Both the position numbers and the translations under genes were made by a program. Below the pieces are notes generated by a model, which searched no databases, was not told where the DNA came from, and saw nothing but the letters and a program-made list of their open reading frames with translations. From positions 19,034,001 to 19,098,000 of the forward strand of contig CM059427.1 in assembly GCA_030390025.1 (NCBI GenBank): a DNA stretch of 64,000 nucleotides, given 5' to 3'. Each line of letters starts with the position of its first letter. Within the stretch, counting starts at the first letter, position 1. Source of the stretch: Squalus acanthias (taxonomy: Eukaryota). Of this stretch, positions 1-12,864 are shown in pieces.

Positions 1-870
1 TGACCCGTTTATCCCTACTCTCTTTTCTGTCCGTTAACCAATCCTCTCCATGTTCATATATTACCCCCAACCCTGTGAGACCTTAACTTGTGTTACAGCC
101 TTTTATGTGGCACATTATCGAATGCCTTTTGGAAATCCAAATATGCTACATATAGTGGTTCCCCTTTATCTACCCTGCTAGTTGCATCCTCAGAAAACTC
201 TAACAAATTTGTTAAACATGATTTCCCTTTCATAGAAAACAGGCAGTCAACATGGTTTTAAGTACACTATTACCACTTCCTTAATAATGGATTCCAGCAT
301 TTTCCCGACAACTGATGTCAGGCTAACTGGCCTGTAGTTCCCTGGTTTTTCTTTCTCCCTCCTTTCTTGTATAGCAGGGTTACATTTGCTACCTTCCAAT
401 CTGCTGGGACCGTTCTAGAATCTAGGGAATTTTGGAAGATCACAACCAATACAGCCACTATCTCTGTAGCCACCTCTTTCAGAACCTTAGGATGTAGGCC
501 ATCAGGTCCAGGGCATTTGTCGGCTTTTAGTCCCATGAGTTTCTCAAGTACTTTTTCTCTACTGATATTAATTACTTTATGTTCCTCACTCTCATTAGCC
601 CCTTGGTTCCCCACTATTTTTGGTATGCTTTTTGTGTCTTCTACTGTGAAGATAGATACAAAATATTCATTTAAAGTCGCTGCCATTTCCTTATTCCCCT
701 TTATAATTTCTCCTGTATCAGCTTTTCTTTTCCGGAGAAAGAGCCCCAGCCTGTTTAGTCTTAACCTCTCAGTTCTGGTATCGTCCTTGTAAATCTTTTT
801 TGCACCTTCTCCAGTGCCTCTATATCCTTTTTGTAATACAGAGACCAGAACTGTGCACAGTACTACGTGT
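1..870 (-). mobile_element. CR1 LINE ORF2 fragments, rearranged
   Basis: Minus-strand ORF contains LNEYFVSIFT, PGPDGLHPKVLKE and VPADWKVANV, all CR1 ORF2 signatures. Confidence 0.9.
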
Positions 871-2417
871 CGTCTCACCTTTTGAATCGTATAATGACAG
901 GTTTGTTTTAGTATTTGCTATGGACCTTGAAATAGTGGATTTAGTCTTGAAGTATTTAATCAATGTTGTATTCTTAAAACTAACTTTTTCTTTTTACCAT
1001 GTTTATAATTTTTTTGAAGTCATTTACTCATTTTTAATCTTCAGTTTTTCCTCGTGATCATTAACCTCAACTTAGCCTACTTCAGCTAAGTTTTGCTGTG
1101 TGGTTGGGTGACAAAGACATGCTTGCAGTGGGCACGACATGAGTTAATCTGTTGGAGTTATTATCTTTTCTCCAGTTGGATGCTTTGGTATTTCACCAAT
1201 ATTGTCTCTAGTTTGGAACTGACAATTCATCTGTTATAAATACCAAATTGAAGTGTTTAGTGGCTCTAGGATTTAAACTTCTTACTTTTAGATTGGGTGG
1301 TGGATATTTTACTACAATAACAACTCCTCGCATTTATATAATGCCTTTAATGTAGTAAAACATCCCAAGCTGCTTCATCTCTACGAGTTGCCCAGTTCAT
1401 ACAGGTTCCAAAATGGTTCTATTGTGACAGTCCATTGGTGGAGCAGTGTGATGTGCAACAGAGTAGAATAGGAACAGAATAGAAAAGTTTGTAACAATTT
1501 CCAAAATGGAATTCTCACTCTTGGCTCAATCATTGGTAAGGGGGTGAGCAGAGTCAGATGTTTCCCCTTCAGAGGCTTGAGATCACATTTGCTTTTTGAT
1601 CGAAGTCCGGTTCGTTGTTTAATGAGGATGCGGATAATATAAATATAAACATACCAAGTTTAGCAACTGATGGCGTAAATGCTTCATTGCTTGAATTTGA
1701 AACAAATGGAGTTGAGATTGGATCATAGATCAGCTCTTCCACAAGATGGCTACAAAGACCACAAATGATGTTTTAAAATCGTACTTTTTAAAAAAAAAAG
1801 TAAAATGCTTCAATATTTTTGAACATTCAAAACCAGTACTGTTAATTTGTTTTGTCATTTTTCAGTTGCTTATATCGCAGCATAGTTTCCAAGTGCCTAT
1901 ATCCCATCATTGTGTATATTTCCTTCAATTTTGGACTTTGCAAACTCTGCATTCCTCCAATTTTAAACCTCATCTTTCTTTTGCAGAAGATCATGCCCGT
2001 TTTTCAATGTCCTTGGAATGGTCAGAGCAAAACTGCATGGTGGCAAGGGATGTAATTTTTTATTTTAAATGAAAAGAATATAATGGGAATAAGCACGGAT
2101 TACCTTTTTGTCATCCACTCTCTCCCCTTGTGATGTCACAGAATGTTTAATATGAAGAGAAGAGAATACTTCAGAAAATTAGTCGATTAATCATTCTGTA
2201 ATTTGAAATCAAATTGATAGAGATGCGGAATTTGTCCAGTTAAAACTTGTAGCACGTTCTACAGCTGATTATGGGAACATGTACTAATTGTTTTTAATCA
2301 TTCATTATTTCAGCATCTTGAGTATGCAGCCTTATTTGGCTTCTAGTTCAAATAAATTAAGAGTGTGATGCAAAAATGTGGCCATAACTATTTTTTACAT
2401 TTTGGTTAGGCCCAGAA

Positions 2418-2600
2418 ATGGCTGAGAGCACTCTTCAGGACGACAAAGAGACCATTCCTGCCAGAGAAACTCCCACTGATTTGGAGAACCCTGTGAATAC
2501 AGGGGATGGGGCAATTTCAAGTAGCTCAGACAGTGAGGAGAGTGCGGCCAGCAGTGGTACAGCCGTCCAAAAAATGAAAAGCAGCATAGTACAGATACAG
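2418..2600 (+). CDS. CWC22: CWC22 first coding exon in window (acceptor at 2409/2410; MAESTL...MKSSIVQIQ)
   Basis: ttag acceptor, ATG in strong context (gaaATGg), donor cag|gtaaga. The last 9 codons MKSSIVQIQ resemble the human N-terminus MKSSVAQIK as recalled. Phase 0 fits the next exon. Confidence 0.85.
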
Positions 2601-3421
2601 GTAAGATTATTGTTCAGTCAGTATGAATACTTTGAGAGGCTACCAGTAGCTGAAAACAATTGGTTTACTCAAGCTACTTTTCTTAAAGAACTAATTGTAT
2701 TTTCCATGTGTGTTTGCATGAAGTTTATTTTTCCCCATTACTGGAGTGACTAACTTGAATTCAAACTCCATAACTCAGGAATCCCCAAGTCACACACCAA
2801 TTGCAGTAAAGGTTGGACTGTTGGCTGACATGGTCACATGCTGGTACCAATCCCACTCTGAACCATTGCTGGCCAAATCAGAAGAGCAGTCTGGTGGTGA
2901 CTCCAGTTTTCATTTCCACATATGAGGAAGTATTTGGCCTCCTATGGTGCTTCCCTCACACAGCGTGGCTGAAATTAGAACTCAACACAGTGGGATGATT
3001 GTAAATATGAACCCAAAAAATAGTACTGAGAGATCTTCAACAGCTACCTGAACCAGAGGGACAAGCGCACAGGACCTTGGTCTGAAGCTGCAGCCAAAGG
3101 AGCACAGCAGCACACCCACAGTACTGCACTGGAACTAAAACTGAGTAGTAATGTGACTTGAGTTTATATTCATGATCATCCCATAGTGCCGAGTTCTTAA
3201 GTTCAGCTGATTACTGTGAGAAAGGGAAAACTGGAATCGCCACCAGCAGCAGTTCCATGAGGTGTGCAGCCCAAGATCCTGCTGTTCGGCACTCCAAATG
3301 GTTTCAATGATCTGTTCACCAATAGCCGCAAATGATTTCTGTGTGGGCCAACACCATTCAATTCATAGTTCGAATATTTATTATCCTTCTCTAGTCCCAT
3401 CACTATACACTTGTAAATGAT

Positions 3422-4055
3422 GGGCCGTAATTTGCGGCCCGTACGGATGTGTACGAGGTGTGTAAGGGCCGCGCAAGTTCCGGGTTTAGGCATGCGCTAA
3501 AACCCAGAACTTGCGATCTGTCAAGAATTTTCTTGACGGATCATCCGCATCCGCTATTAGCCCAACTTCTGCCCAGCGAATGCCTGTGAAATTCTTGCGC
3601 CTGGTAAAAGAATTTTTTTAAGTAAGATTTTATTTCTGTTTTTTTAAAATGTTATCAATAATTTATACATTTAAAAACCTGTGAAATAAGGTAAGTGTAT
3701 TTTTAGCCCCTTTAAAACATATAAATTTATTTATCAATTAATTTTTAAATTTTTTTTAATTAAATGCCATTTTAATTAATTTTAAGGTTTTTTTTATTTG
3801 AAGTGTAGAGGTATTTTTTGGGGTATTCCCATTCATGCTTATGGGGTTTCTGTACATACGGAATCCCCCATAAGCATGAATGGGGATCCCCTTCTGTCAT
3901 TCGTTGGGCCGGCCCATGTGACCCCAAGGGTGCTCGCGAACCGCATGCGCCCCTGAGCTACGTGGGCCTCTTCGCGCGGGTACCCACAGAGGCCCAGGAC
4001 CTCCCGGACTATCAGGTAGGCGCAGATTTTATTTGCAGATCGGAGGCATTTCCTC
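3422..4055. mobile_element. Hairpin-rich non-autonomous DNA transposon (MITE) copy, far end lost
   Basis: Begins gggccgtaatttgc. Reverse-complement similarity to 29154-30694 and 60114-60810. Internal palindromes around an AT-rich core. Confidence 0.7.
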
Positions 4056-4056
4056 G

Positions 4057-4395
4057 TAGAGAGAGAGCGCGCAAGCGAGACAGTCTGACTGCGGGCCAGA
4101 GAGAGAGAGCGCGCGCCTCTCTTCTTTCCCTCTCCCACCCGCAGAGTGTCTCTGTCTCTGTGTGTCTCTCTCTCTCCTTTTTTCTCTCTCCCTCCCTACA
4201 GTGTGTGTCTCTCTCTCCCTCTCAGCCCACAGTCTGTCTCTCGCGCGCTCTCCCTCCGTGCGAGAGCGAGGCAGACTGACCAGGCCAGAGAGAGAGCGCT
4301 CGCTCTCTTTATTTCCCCCCCTCTTCTCCCGTGTGTGTGTGTGTCTCCCCTTCCCCCTCTTCCTGTCCACCCCCTCCCCCAACCAACTCACACAG
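4057..4395. repeat. GA/CT/GT-rich low-complexity and microsatellite mosaic
   Basis: Runs of gagaga, ctctct and gtgtgt with reiterated gagagagcgcgc units. Confidence 0.85.
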
Positions 4396-4558
4396 TATGG
4401 GGATAACTCAGGGTAGTGGGATTAGTTTTGGGAGAATCAGGAAAATGGTACTTGATGAAATAAGCTTCAAGAGAGTCCTAAATTCATGCCAGGACAGAAG
4501 GGCTGACTTGCCTCTGCTCTGATTTTTTTTTTTAATGTGATTTTTTTTATTTTCTCAG

Positions 4559-4626
4559 CTCAACTCGAGCCAGGAGAGGCGGGACGGCCACAGTCCGCGT
4601 CAAAGAAGCTCTTCTCCTGAGTACAG
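4559..4626 (+). CDS. CWC22: CWC22 coding exon 2 (LNSSQERRDGHSPRQRSSSPEY-R)
   Basis: Long T tract, ctcag acceptor, ag|gtaaaa donor. 68 nt, phase 0 to 2. Similar to human PSSGHDRRENLNSYQRNSSPEDR. Confidence 0.88.
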
Positions 4627-5854
4627 GTAAAATTGGATTTTATACATTTTCTAGGATTACACTTGTGAACTAACACAGTTCATTAATTGTAACAAATATT
4701 TTCAAATTTTGATCTTGGCGCTAAGTGAGTAATTTTCCATGTGTCTGCAATTTAATACTGACTTACTGTTGAGCAGAAAATAGCTTGGGTACTCATTTAT
4801 TTCTGCTGTTAAATGTTCCCCATTAGTATAGCAAAACATGCTACAGTATTGAACCAGCCTGATGCAGTTAATTTAAGTCTTGATGCCAACACTGCAAGAA
4901 CTCAGAGATCAGGCTTGAATGCCACTGTCTGCCTTAAATTGTTGCATTATTTATTTTTTCACATTAGAATTTCTTATGCAAATTTTTTATACTGTACAGT
5001 TGCATCATGGAACAAGACAAATGAGATTTAACAACATCACGTGTTTGTGTGATGCCTCTAATGTATCCGTTCCCATTGAATTGCGCATCTTCAGTTTGGT
5101 AAAATGGCACTTAAGCAACATTGGTACTTGCAGCATTTTTGTATCATAAGTTATTGATGATGTGGCAACATCTAAGTAATATCCTATGTGAATATGTTGA
5201 AAGTGGGACATGCAGCACTTACCGCATCATAGGGGACTACACGTTAAAACTGACATGGACAAAAGATGATGCTTCTAAAAAATATATATTTAATGAAATG
5301 AAAATAAGCTGTGCACTTAATCACAAACCAAAGTATTTGCATTTTTGATCGTTCAAAACATTAGATGTACTTCCACTGTTTTCAAAAAACTTTATTGGCA
5401 AACCCTTAAAATGCAGCATATCATTATAAATATTTATTTATGTGCAAAATAACATGGAAGAGTAAGTAACCTCTGAATGACAGGACTGGGAGCCAGACGG
5501 GCGAACTCCAGTGGCATGATCGGAGAGCTGAAGTAAATTGATCTGAAGGGTGTGGGGGAATTGTTCAACACTTCAGTAGAACACCTTTCACAACATAATC
5601 CTGGCCATGCAGGATCAATGCATGCCAAATATTACTAAGCGCTGGCCAAACAAATGTGACCACAAAGTAATCAGAAGCTTAAAAAGGGAGGAACTTTTTT
5701 TTGCACAAATCCTGCAAGGAAATGAGGAAGGAATTCACAGGGATCTATATAATAACATGTAGAAACATCAATGTGCAGTTGGAGGAGGCAAGAGAGACCT
5801 GCAAAGAAGCATAGCTGCAGACACAAAATATAACTAAGAAATTCTTTCAACACC

Positions 5855-6800
5855 AACTTGTATTTCAACTTTTTAAAGTCAAAAATCACTTGAAGGCACT
5901 TCACAAATGGTAAAGGAACATTGTTAAGCCATGAAGGAAGAGATTAGAAGGGATAACCAAAAGCCTACTTGAAAAGCTGGTTTTCAGAATGCTTTTAAAG
6001 GAGGAGAGAAAAGTGTTTTTTTAATTTATTCGCGGGATGTGGGCGTCGCTAGCAAGGGCAGCATTTATTGCCCATCCCTAATTGCCCTCGAGAAGGTGGT
6101 GGTGAGCTGCCTTCTTGAACCGCTGCAGTCCGTGTGGTGAAGGTACTCCCACAGTGCTGTTAGGGAGGGAGTTCTAGGATTTTGACCCAGTGACGATGAA
6201 GGAACGGCGATATACTTCCAAGTCAGGATGGTGTGTAACTTGGAGATGGTGGTGTTCGTATGTCCCTGCTGGCCTTGTCCTTCTAGGTGGTAGAGGTTGT
6301 GGGTTTGGGTGTGGAGGCAAAGGGACTTTGGTAGGGAGTTCGAGTGTGGGGCCACAGAAGCTGATGACTCTGTCACCAATGGTGGAGTGACTGGAAAAGG
6401 TGGCACAAAAGGTCAGAACCACAGGATCAAAGGGTGCGGGTAGGGCAACATAAGGCTGAAGGAGGTTGCAGAGATGGGAATGGGGGCATGTCTGTGGAAT
6501 GATTTGAGGACTAGGATGGGCACTTTAAATTTAATATGTTTGGGGGACTGGGAGCCAGTGTCAGTCATGTAAGATTGAAGATGGGGAAGTAGGACAGGAT
6601 ATGGCAGATACATTTGGCACAGTTTTGAGTTTGTGGAGGATGCAAGGAAAGAAAGGCAAGCATTGGAATAATTGAGTCTTCAGGTGACAAAAGCCTAGAT
6701 AAAGGTTTGGGCAGTTTTGCATAGGTGGTAATAGGCTGTCTTCGTAATGGATTGAATGTGGTGCTTCAAGTTCAGCTCTCGGTCAAATAGGATGTCAAGG
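5855..6800 (-). mobile_element. Degenerate L2 3' region interrupted by another LINE
   Basis: Starts caacttgtattt (antisense of the L2 tail). Minus strand reads KFKVPILVLKSFH, like the L2 at 14018. Confidence 0.7.
6015..6315 (-). mobile_element. 3' end of the poly(A)-tailed CR1-group (Zenon-like) LINE family
   Basis: Reverse complement of the 3' end of 52660-55145 (KSWNSLPNSTVGVPSPHGLQRFKK region). Confidence 0.85.
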
Positions 6801-6897
6801 TTTCAGTACTACAACATTAAAACACAGCAGAGATGAGAAACCTGAAAGATGCAAATACAGCCAAAAATAGATGAGCATAAGTAAGTTAATATGCTAA

Positions 6898-7031
6898 TTC
6901 CGACCAAGGGTTTCGACCTGAAACGTTAACTCTCTTTCTCTCTCCACGGATGCTGCCTGGCCTGCTGAGTTTTTCCAGCGTTTTCTGTTGTTATTTCGGA
7001 TTTCCAGCATCCGCAGTATTTTGCTATCGTC
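6898..7031 (+). mobile_element. Solo Penelope-like element tail (134 bp) with 12-bp TSD and a degenerate hammerhead core
   Basis: ttaatatgctaa at 6886-6897 and 7032-7043. Sequence matches the tails at 37506-37600 and 63341-63437. Confidence 0.85.
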
Positions 7032-7149
7032 TTAATATGCTAACTAGTTAATTCTTCACCGTATTCACAGCAGAAACAATATGTCCCTGTCTCTCCCCCG
7101 CCCCAAAACAAATGAATAACTTAAACATAAATGAGATGGAAGTTCAAGA

Positions 7150-8310
7150 CTGGCTAAAAGGCCTTGAAACCAATCAAGCTTCGGGGGTGGATGGTATTTA
7201 TCCCAGAGTACTAACAGACAAGGGATGAGACTTGAGGTATTGATGGTCATTTGAGGGAATAGATGAATACTGGGAGGTACTGGTAGATTCAAAGCAGGCT
7301 ATCATAACAACTACAGGCTCATTAGTCTCGCATCAAAACTAAGAATTAATTGTGTGATAAACCTAGTAATTGAAGTGGTAAATACTTATTGGAGGAGTTA
7401 TTTTGGGATCTATGGTGTTTAGTGTTTAGTGTTGAGTGGGGTGCTCCTGGAGTTGCTGTTGAAAACTCAAAAATGTTTCTAATTTACATTAACAACTTGT
7501 GTTCAGAAGCTGAATGTAAACATGTCAGTTTGAGAATCGTATAATATGGAAGTGGGTGGGACGATGGCAAATGAAATTTAATGTGAAGTATTGCACCTTG
7601 GAAAGGGGGAAAAAAAAATAGGGTGCGATAAGTAACTCCTGAATGGTATTCATAGCCAAGGATGAAAGTAAGAGGTCTAGCATTTTACGAGACTCCATGC
7701 TCAACATATGTTGTCCCGCCCGCACCCTTTAGTCCTATGGTTCTGTCCTATTGTCACTTTTATATTAATATCCATTAATTGCAGAGTAGCAACCAACAGA
7801 GCAAATAGAATTGTTATACTATATAGTTGAAACTGTAGTGTACAGTCAGAGGAAATTTTGTTCAAATTGTAATGTGCTCTGGTTAGATAACACCCTGTGT
7901 GTTGTGTCCAGTTCTAGTCAGATACGCAAAGACCTTCAAAACCTGTAGGCAGTTAAAATAAAAGGCCACAGAATTGATTTCTAGCATCAGAGGACTGAGT
8001 CTGAGGCAGGACTGGAGAAACTTGGTCTTGTCAGCCTTGTAAAAAGTGGCCTGAGGCAAATAAAATACTAAATAATATAGGAAAGATAGATCCAGTATAA
8101 CACTTCAAATTGAACCAGGATAAGGGGGCACAAGTTCAAAATATTACAGCAATTATACAACTAATGTTATAGTTCTTCATACATGGTTTGATCAATACTG
8201 CACATTGAATGAACTTTTGGATAGAGTAATGGTTGTACAAGAACTGGAATTATTTAATAAATAGTTAAATGTCTTGATGGGTGGATGAGCTAAGATGGGC
8301 CAAATCAGTG
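7150..8310 (+). mobile_element. Old degenerate CR1 ORF2 remnant
   Basis: Decayed CR1-type strings (gatggcaaatgaaatttaatgtg, gtgtccagttct, aggggcacaagttcaaa). No intact frame. Confidence 0.6.
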
Positions 8311-8869
8311 TCTATCTTCTGATAAATGTACCTGGAGACTAACTGCTGATTGCCGGGAGACCCATCATTTATAGAATCTTCCACATGATACTTTTCTGGA
8401 TCCAAGGATACATCAGCCAGAATATTGCACTGAAGAGCTCAGTGTATCCTCTCCACTCCTGCCTATTGATCTTCGGAAAGTTAGAGAGTTCTGAATAGCT
8501 ACATCGCAGCGAAGCGGAAGGTAGCCTTTGCTTTCAATAAATGTTTTATTTGGCACAAAGCAAACTATTAAATGGAATATTATTCACTGAGAATCTACAA
8601 ATTTGTTGCTTTTTTGGTATTTATATTGAAGAAAAATTAATAAGCATTGCAGTGATCGTCATGATTATAAAAGACAAATGTATTACTTGACCAGGTACAG
8701 CCAAAAATATGGAGTTCATAGTGTCTTTGCCCCTTTGATTGAACGGTGGTGCAGATGTCTTCTGATGTTGCGTAAAATATTCTTTTGATTTCTTGTAAGT
8801 TTTCCCTGTTGTTTCAGATAATGTTTTTCTGTGATTGTGATCTGTATTTGGGTTTTTGTACTGCTACCA

Positions 8870-9580
8870 GTCACAACTTGACAAGGTCACGCACAGCAGA
8901 TAACTCGCGGGAAGTTGGATCAAAAGCTGGTTACAAAGGAGAAAACAGTGGAAGTTGAGGGCATTTTCTTTGCTTAGAAGTGGGTGGCGTTGTCCTTCAG
9001 AGTTAGGGTTCGAGGACCACTTCTGTTCACTGTGTACATCAATGATTTGGGCTTTCAGATGATGGTAAAATGGGAGGCATAATAAATAGTTCTGAGGATC
9101 AAAAGAAGCTGCAAGGAAATATTGGTAAGATGGTGGAATGGAGAAAAAGTGGTAGATGGATTCCATGTCAGTAAATGTAATGGGAAAAAAAATTATACTT
9201 GGACTGAGGGAAGGTTGGGTGATGTGGAAGACCAGAGGGATTTGGGGGTTCTGGTCAACTAGACATTAAAAGCAGCACCTCAAGTACAGAAAGCTATAAA
9301 AAAAAACTAATTGAATGCTGACAAGAGGCATAGAGTATAAAAGCTGAGATCTAATGGAGAATCTATATAAAGCCTCAGACCACAGTTGGAGCACTATAGT
9401 AACGGTTTTGAGGCAATCGTGAGGGTACAGCGCAGATTCACTAGGGTGCTGCCTGGTATGAGGAATTACAAATGTGAAGAAAGACTTTGAAACATTGAGG
9501 CTGCTTTTGTTGGAATAGAGGAGATTGCAGGGTGATTTGATGTGTTTAAAATGATGAAGGGATGGAACCAGAGTAGCGAG
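8870..9580 (+). mobile_element. Old CR1 RT remnant
   Basis: ttgacaaggt (FDKV), cagaccacagttggagcact, gtacagcgcagattcactagg (VQRRFTR). Confidence 0.7.
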
Positions 9581-9967
9581 AAATAGAAGGAATAATTTTG
9601 AACTTGCTGCCGGAGTATAAAACCGGCACTTAATTTTCTGTTTCTCTGCCTTATTGATGACGATATATTAAGTAATTCTATTTATAAAAGTCAAGTGGCT
9701 CATTCCGTAGTAAATTTTAACAAGTGAAACGCAAGTTTATTTGGATGACTTAACCATCCCCTTGCTGCAAGATGTAAACTTGTTAGTGGTGAAAATGGAG
9801 CAGTCAGCTCAGTGGTAACTGTATGAAGTTCCAACTGCAAGCTTGTCGAAAGTGCCTTTTATATCAGACCATTGAAACTAGTTCCTTAAAAGTTTTGAGT
9901 CTGGGTTGCACTTCCACAGATCATCAGAAAAGTATGTCTACTAACCTGTTGTCTTTCTCCTCTTCAG

Positions 9968-10084
9968 ACGTAAAGGTCATGAGAAGTCACGGTCAAGATC
10001 CCCAAGAGATTATCCTGACAGGAATACCTGTGACAGAGGGCCATCTAGCAATGGCAGATATAATGATAGAAATTTGCAACCGAG
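9968..10084 (+). CDS. CWC22: CWC22 coding exon 3 (RKGHEKSRSRSPRDYPDRNTCDRGPSSNGRYNDRNLQP-R)
   Basis: Pyrimidine tract, ttcag acceptor, ag|gtattt donor. 117 nt, phase 2 to 2, open frame, RS/RD-rich with RSPRD as in the human protein. Confidence 0.8.
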
Positions 10085-10129
10085 GTATTTTTTTCAGTTT
10101 TGCAATACAAGGTCAACAGTTGAGATAAT

Positions 10130-11290
10130 CATAAGAGCATAAAGCTTAGAATAACAAAAGACCATTCAGCCCATCAAGTCGACTCCTTCTACAGCCCATC
10201 GGCAGTCTACACAGTTCATATGGAGTTGAGTCCACCAATTTCCTCATCCTGAGAATTTCTATACATTTTGTGTTCACCTCCAAGATAATCGTGAAACTGT
10301 AGAGTATTACAGTTTTCCCCTTTTCAGTGTTCAACCACAGCTGGCTGCTCTCCAAATCTGCCACCCCTCCCATGTCTTGGTCCAGCAACACAGGGACCAT
10401 CGTTTCTGTGGTAGATGTGATCATCTCAATCCATACTTCTCCCTCTGACGGCCACATATTCACTGCTTAGTGGAGAAAAAGTTCTTCTGATTTAAGTCTT
10501 GGTTGAATCCTGTCTATTTTGAACAGTATCCACCAGTTCTGAACTCACAGTACGAGTCAAATAGTTTATTTGCACCTTCATTGTCTCTCAAAGCTTTGAA
10601 GACTTGGATGACATCACCGTTCCATCTTCCCTCCAGTAAAACATCAACTCTGCATAAAAAGGGAGGCACTTGGCAAAGAATCAAGTGGTATCCTTCTTGC
10701 AAAAAAGAAAGCACTTAATGTATCCTGGTGTGATTTTACTTGGCCCAAAGCTACAAATACTGGTTCATTCCAAAATAGAACTGATTCATTGTGTGCATGT
10801 TCCGTGTTCCAGTGTGCATTTTTTTGTGTATATCTGTTAAAATCCATTTTCTGTTCCTTTGCTCATCAGCTGAATTAGTGTGGTTCTCTTCGATTTTTTT
10901 TTTCTCTTGCGACCTGAACACGCAACTTCATGTCATCGCTAAATTTTATAATAACACAAGAATTACTCTTCTCCAAATTATTGAAGAGGAGTGTGAACTG
11001 CAGGATATCCAGAAAAAAACGCTGCAGAACTCTGCCACCCCAGGCAGCGCTTTTTCCATTTATTGCCAACCTCTGCTTCTGATTATTAAGTTCGTTTTCA
11101 ATCCACATTGTTAATTTGTTAATTCCATGGGCCTTAACCTTTTAAAAATCTTGCATATGGAATCCAGTAAAATACCCATAGAAAGTAAAGTTGTATCTCT
11201 TGGATAAGACAGTTCCAGTAATTCAAATTAGCTTCTCAAAGAATTCTAGCAGATTGTTGAGGCATGACCTTTTACATCTCGATCCATGCT
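10130..11290 (-). mobile_element. Old CR1 fragments
   Basis: Minus ORFs contain LDGLNGLLLF, GDVIQVFK and IKFSDDMKL. Confidence 0.65.
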
Positions 11291-11609
11291 GTCTGCGTGT
11301 GGATCTAACATTTGCCATCCTCCAGCTATGAAAGAAAGCTTTTGTATTTATCTGCTTCTTACAATAACGTACGGCTGGGATTTTAAATGGATGTAAATTT
11401 GTAGAAAGCTAATGGAATATGAAGCGGTTACTTTTCTGTTTAAATGTGTTGCAGAATACTTCGAACTAAATTAATTTGAAAATAACATGTCTTTAAGAAT
11501 ATACAAGTTAATCTCCCTTGGTGTTGCACACACAGAATCAAGAACAGATAAAGTCTGCCCTTACTTTCATATATTTGGATTTTATATTACATTATTTATA
11601 ATTAAATGA

Positions 11610-11980
11610 AAACCTTATGCTATGTAGACCATTATTACATCACCCCTCCATTTTCTCTCCAATAAAACTTCAACTTTTGGTTGGGGCATTGGAATAAATC
11701 TGCTGTGCAGGCTGAGGAACTGGGACATGCAAAACTGAGGCACTACAGTACCACCAATGGTTTTTACCAGTTTTACTAGGTTTACCAGAATGGTACCAGA
11801 GATGAGGGACTTCATTTATGTGGAGAGACGAGAGAAGCTGGGATTGTTTTCCTTGGTGCTTCTCTGGTTAAGGGAAGATTTAATAGAAAGAGCAGGGGAG
11901 TGGGACTAATTGGATAGCTCTTTCACAGAGCAGGTACAATGGGCTGAATAACCTCCTCTGCTGTCAGATTCAATGATAGT
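11610..11980. mobile_element. Two short CR1 3' fragments in opposite orientation
   Basis: Minus strand RGDVIMVY up to about 11750, then plus strand tttaccagaatggtaccag...tgggctgaataacctcc. Confidence 0.55.
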
Positions 11981-12187
11981 TACAACATATGTTTTCATAG
12001 GCAGCTTATTTTCAGTGTGGTCATAGGAATTTATAATGGGAAAAAGTTGACCGAAATCTTAACGAAAATGTGATGGGAATTACGGTTTTATAGACAGGGC
12101 GTGTGAGCAGACATGAGATATTTTTAGATACATCAATCTATTCTAAATCTTCTAAGGAATTTCATGAAGAATTGCTTCTCATTTTAG

Positions 12188-12424
12188 AGGAAGAGACAAA
12201 GAGAGAAACATGAACATAGATCGTGAATCAGATCGTAGGAAGAGAGCAAAATCACCATCACCTATAACAAGAAATGAGGAAGAACCTGTCATTCAGAGCT
12301 CTTCCGAACCGCCAATGAAAAAGAAAAAGGCAGAGTTGGATCCTATTCTAACACGGACAGGTGGAGCGTACATTCCTCCTGCTAGACTAAGGATGATGCA
12401 AGATCAAATTGCTGACAAAAGCAG
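12188..12424 (+). CDS. CWC22: CWC22 coding exon 4 (...KKKKAELDPILTRTGGAYIPPARLRMMQDQIADKS)
   Basis: Diagnostic TRTGGAYIPPxxLRMMQ motif. tttag acceptor, ag|gtaagt donor. 237 nt, phase 2 to 2. Confidence 0.97.
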
Positions 12425-12864
12425 GTAAGTGGAAAATTAAGTGAAAATCTATGTTATTAATTTCCTGAAATTGTAGGGTATAGAATAAATCGGATGTTCT
12501 TACAGACAACATATATGATTGCGCTAAAGAGTTGTGTTTCTGTTTTGCCCCAGTGTTGGCATCAGATGACCGATTTAGTGCCAAGCTCACCTGCGTTCTG
12601 TTGATGGTACACTGAAGCAATTATCTGCCCCATGCTCTGACATTTCTATTTCTTCCTCCCTCTCACTGAAATTACCAAAGTAGTAATTGGTGTGAAATAT
12701 GGAGCTGGTTTTGTGCTCTTATATCATCCTCATTGGAAACTGGTTCGAAACTTGCTAAACCTGTTTCCCTCTGTTTGCTTATTAGCTGTTCAGGATTGAT
12801 TTTAAACTCGGCTCAGTAACATAGAGCAGTCTTGTTTCAGAATATGATGCTTCAAGTCTTTAAT

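Noticed and set aside
870-2400. CWC22 promoter or first non-coding exon
   Set aside because: No CpG island or convincing exon is visible. The transcription start probably lies upstream of the window.
2750-3320. Possible ancient SINE (LF-SINE-like or Deu-like) remnants after the first coding exon
   Set aside because: Only short, low-identity resemblances from memory. Cannot be supported without an HMM search.
3818-4522. Cluster of overlapping ORFs rich in SL/RE dipeptides
   Set aside because: These are translations of a MITE end and GA/CT microsatellites, with no coding signature.
9823-10128. 101-aa ORF as a separate gene
   Set aside because: It overlaps CWC22 exon 3 in a different frame. 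The splice-phase-consistent frame is the RS-rich one.
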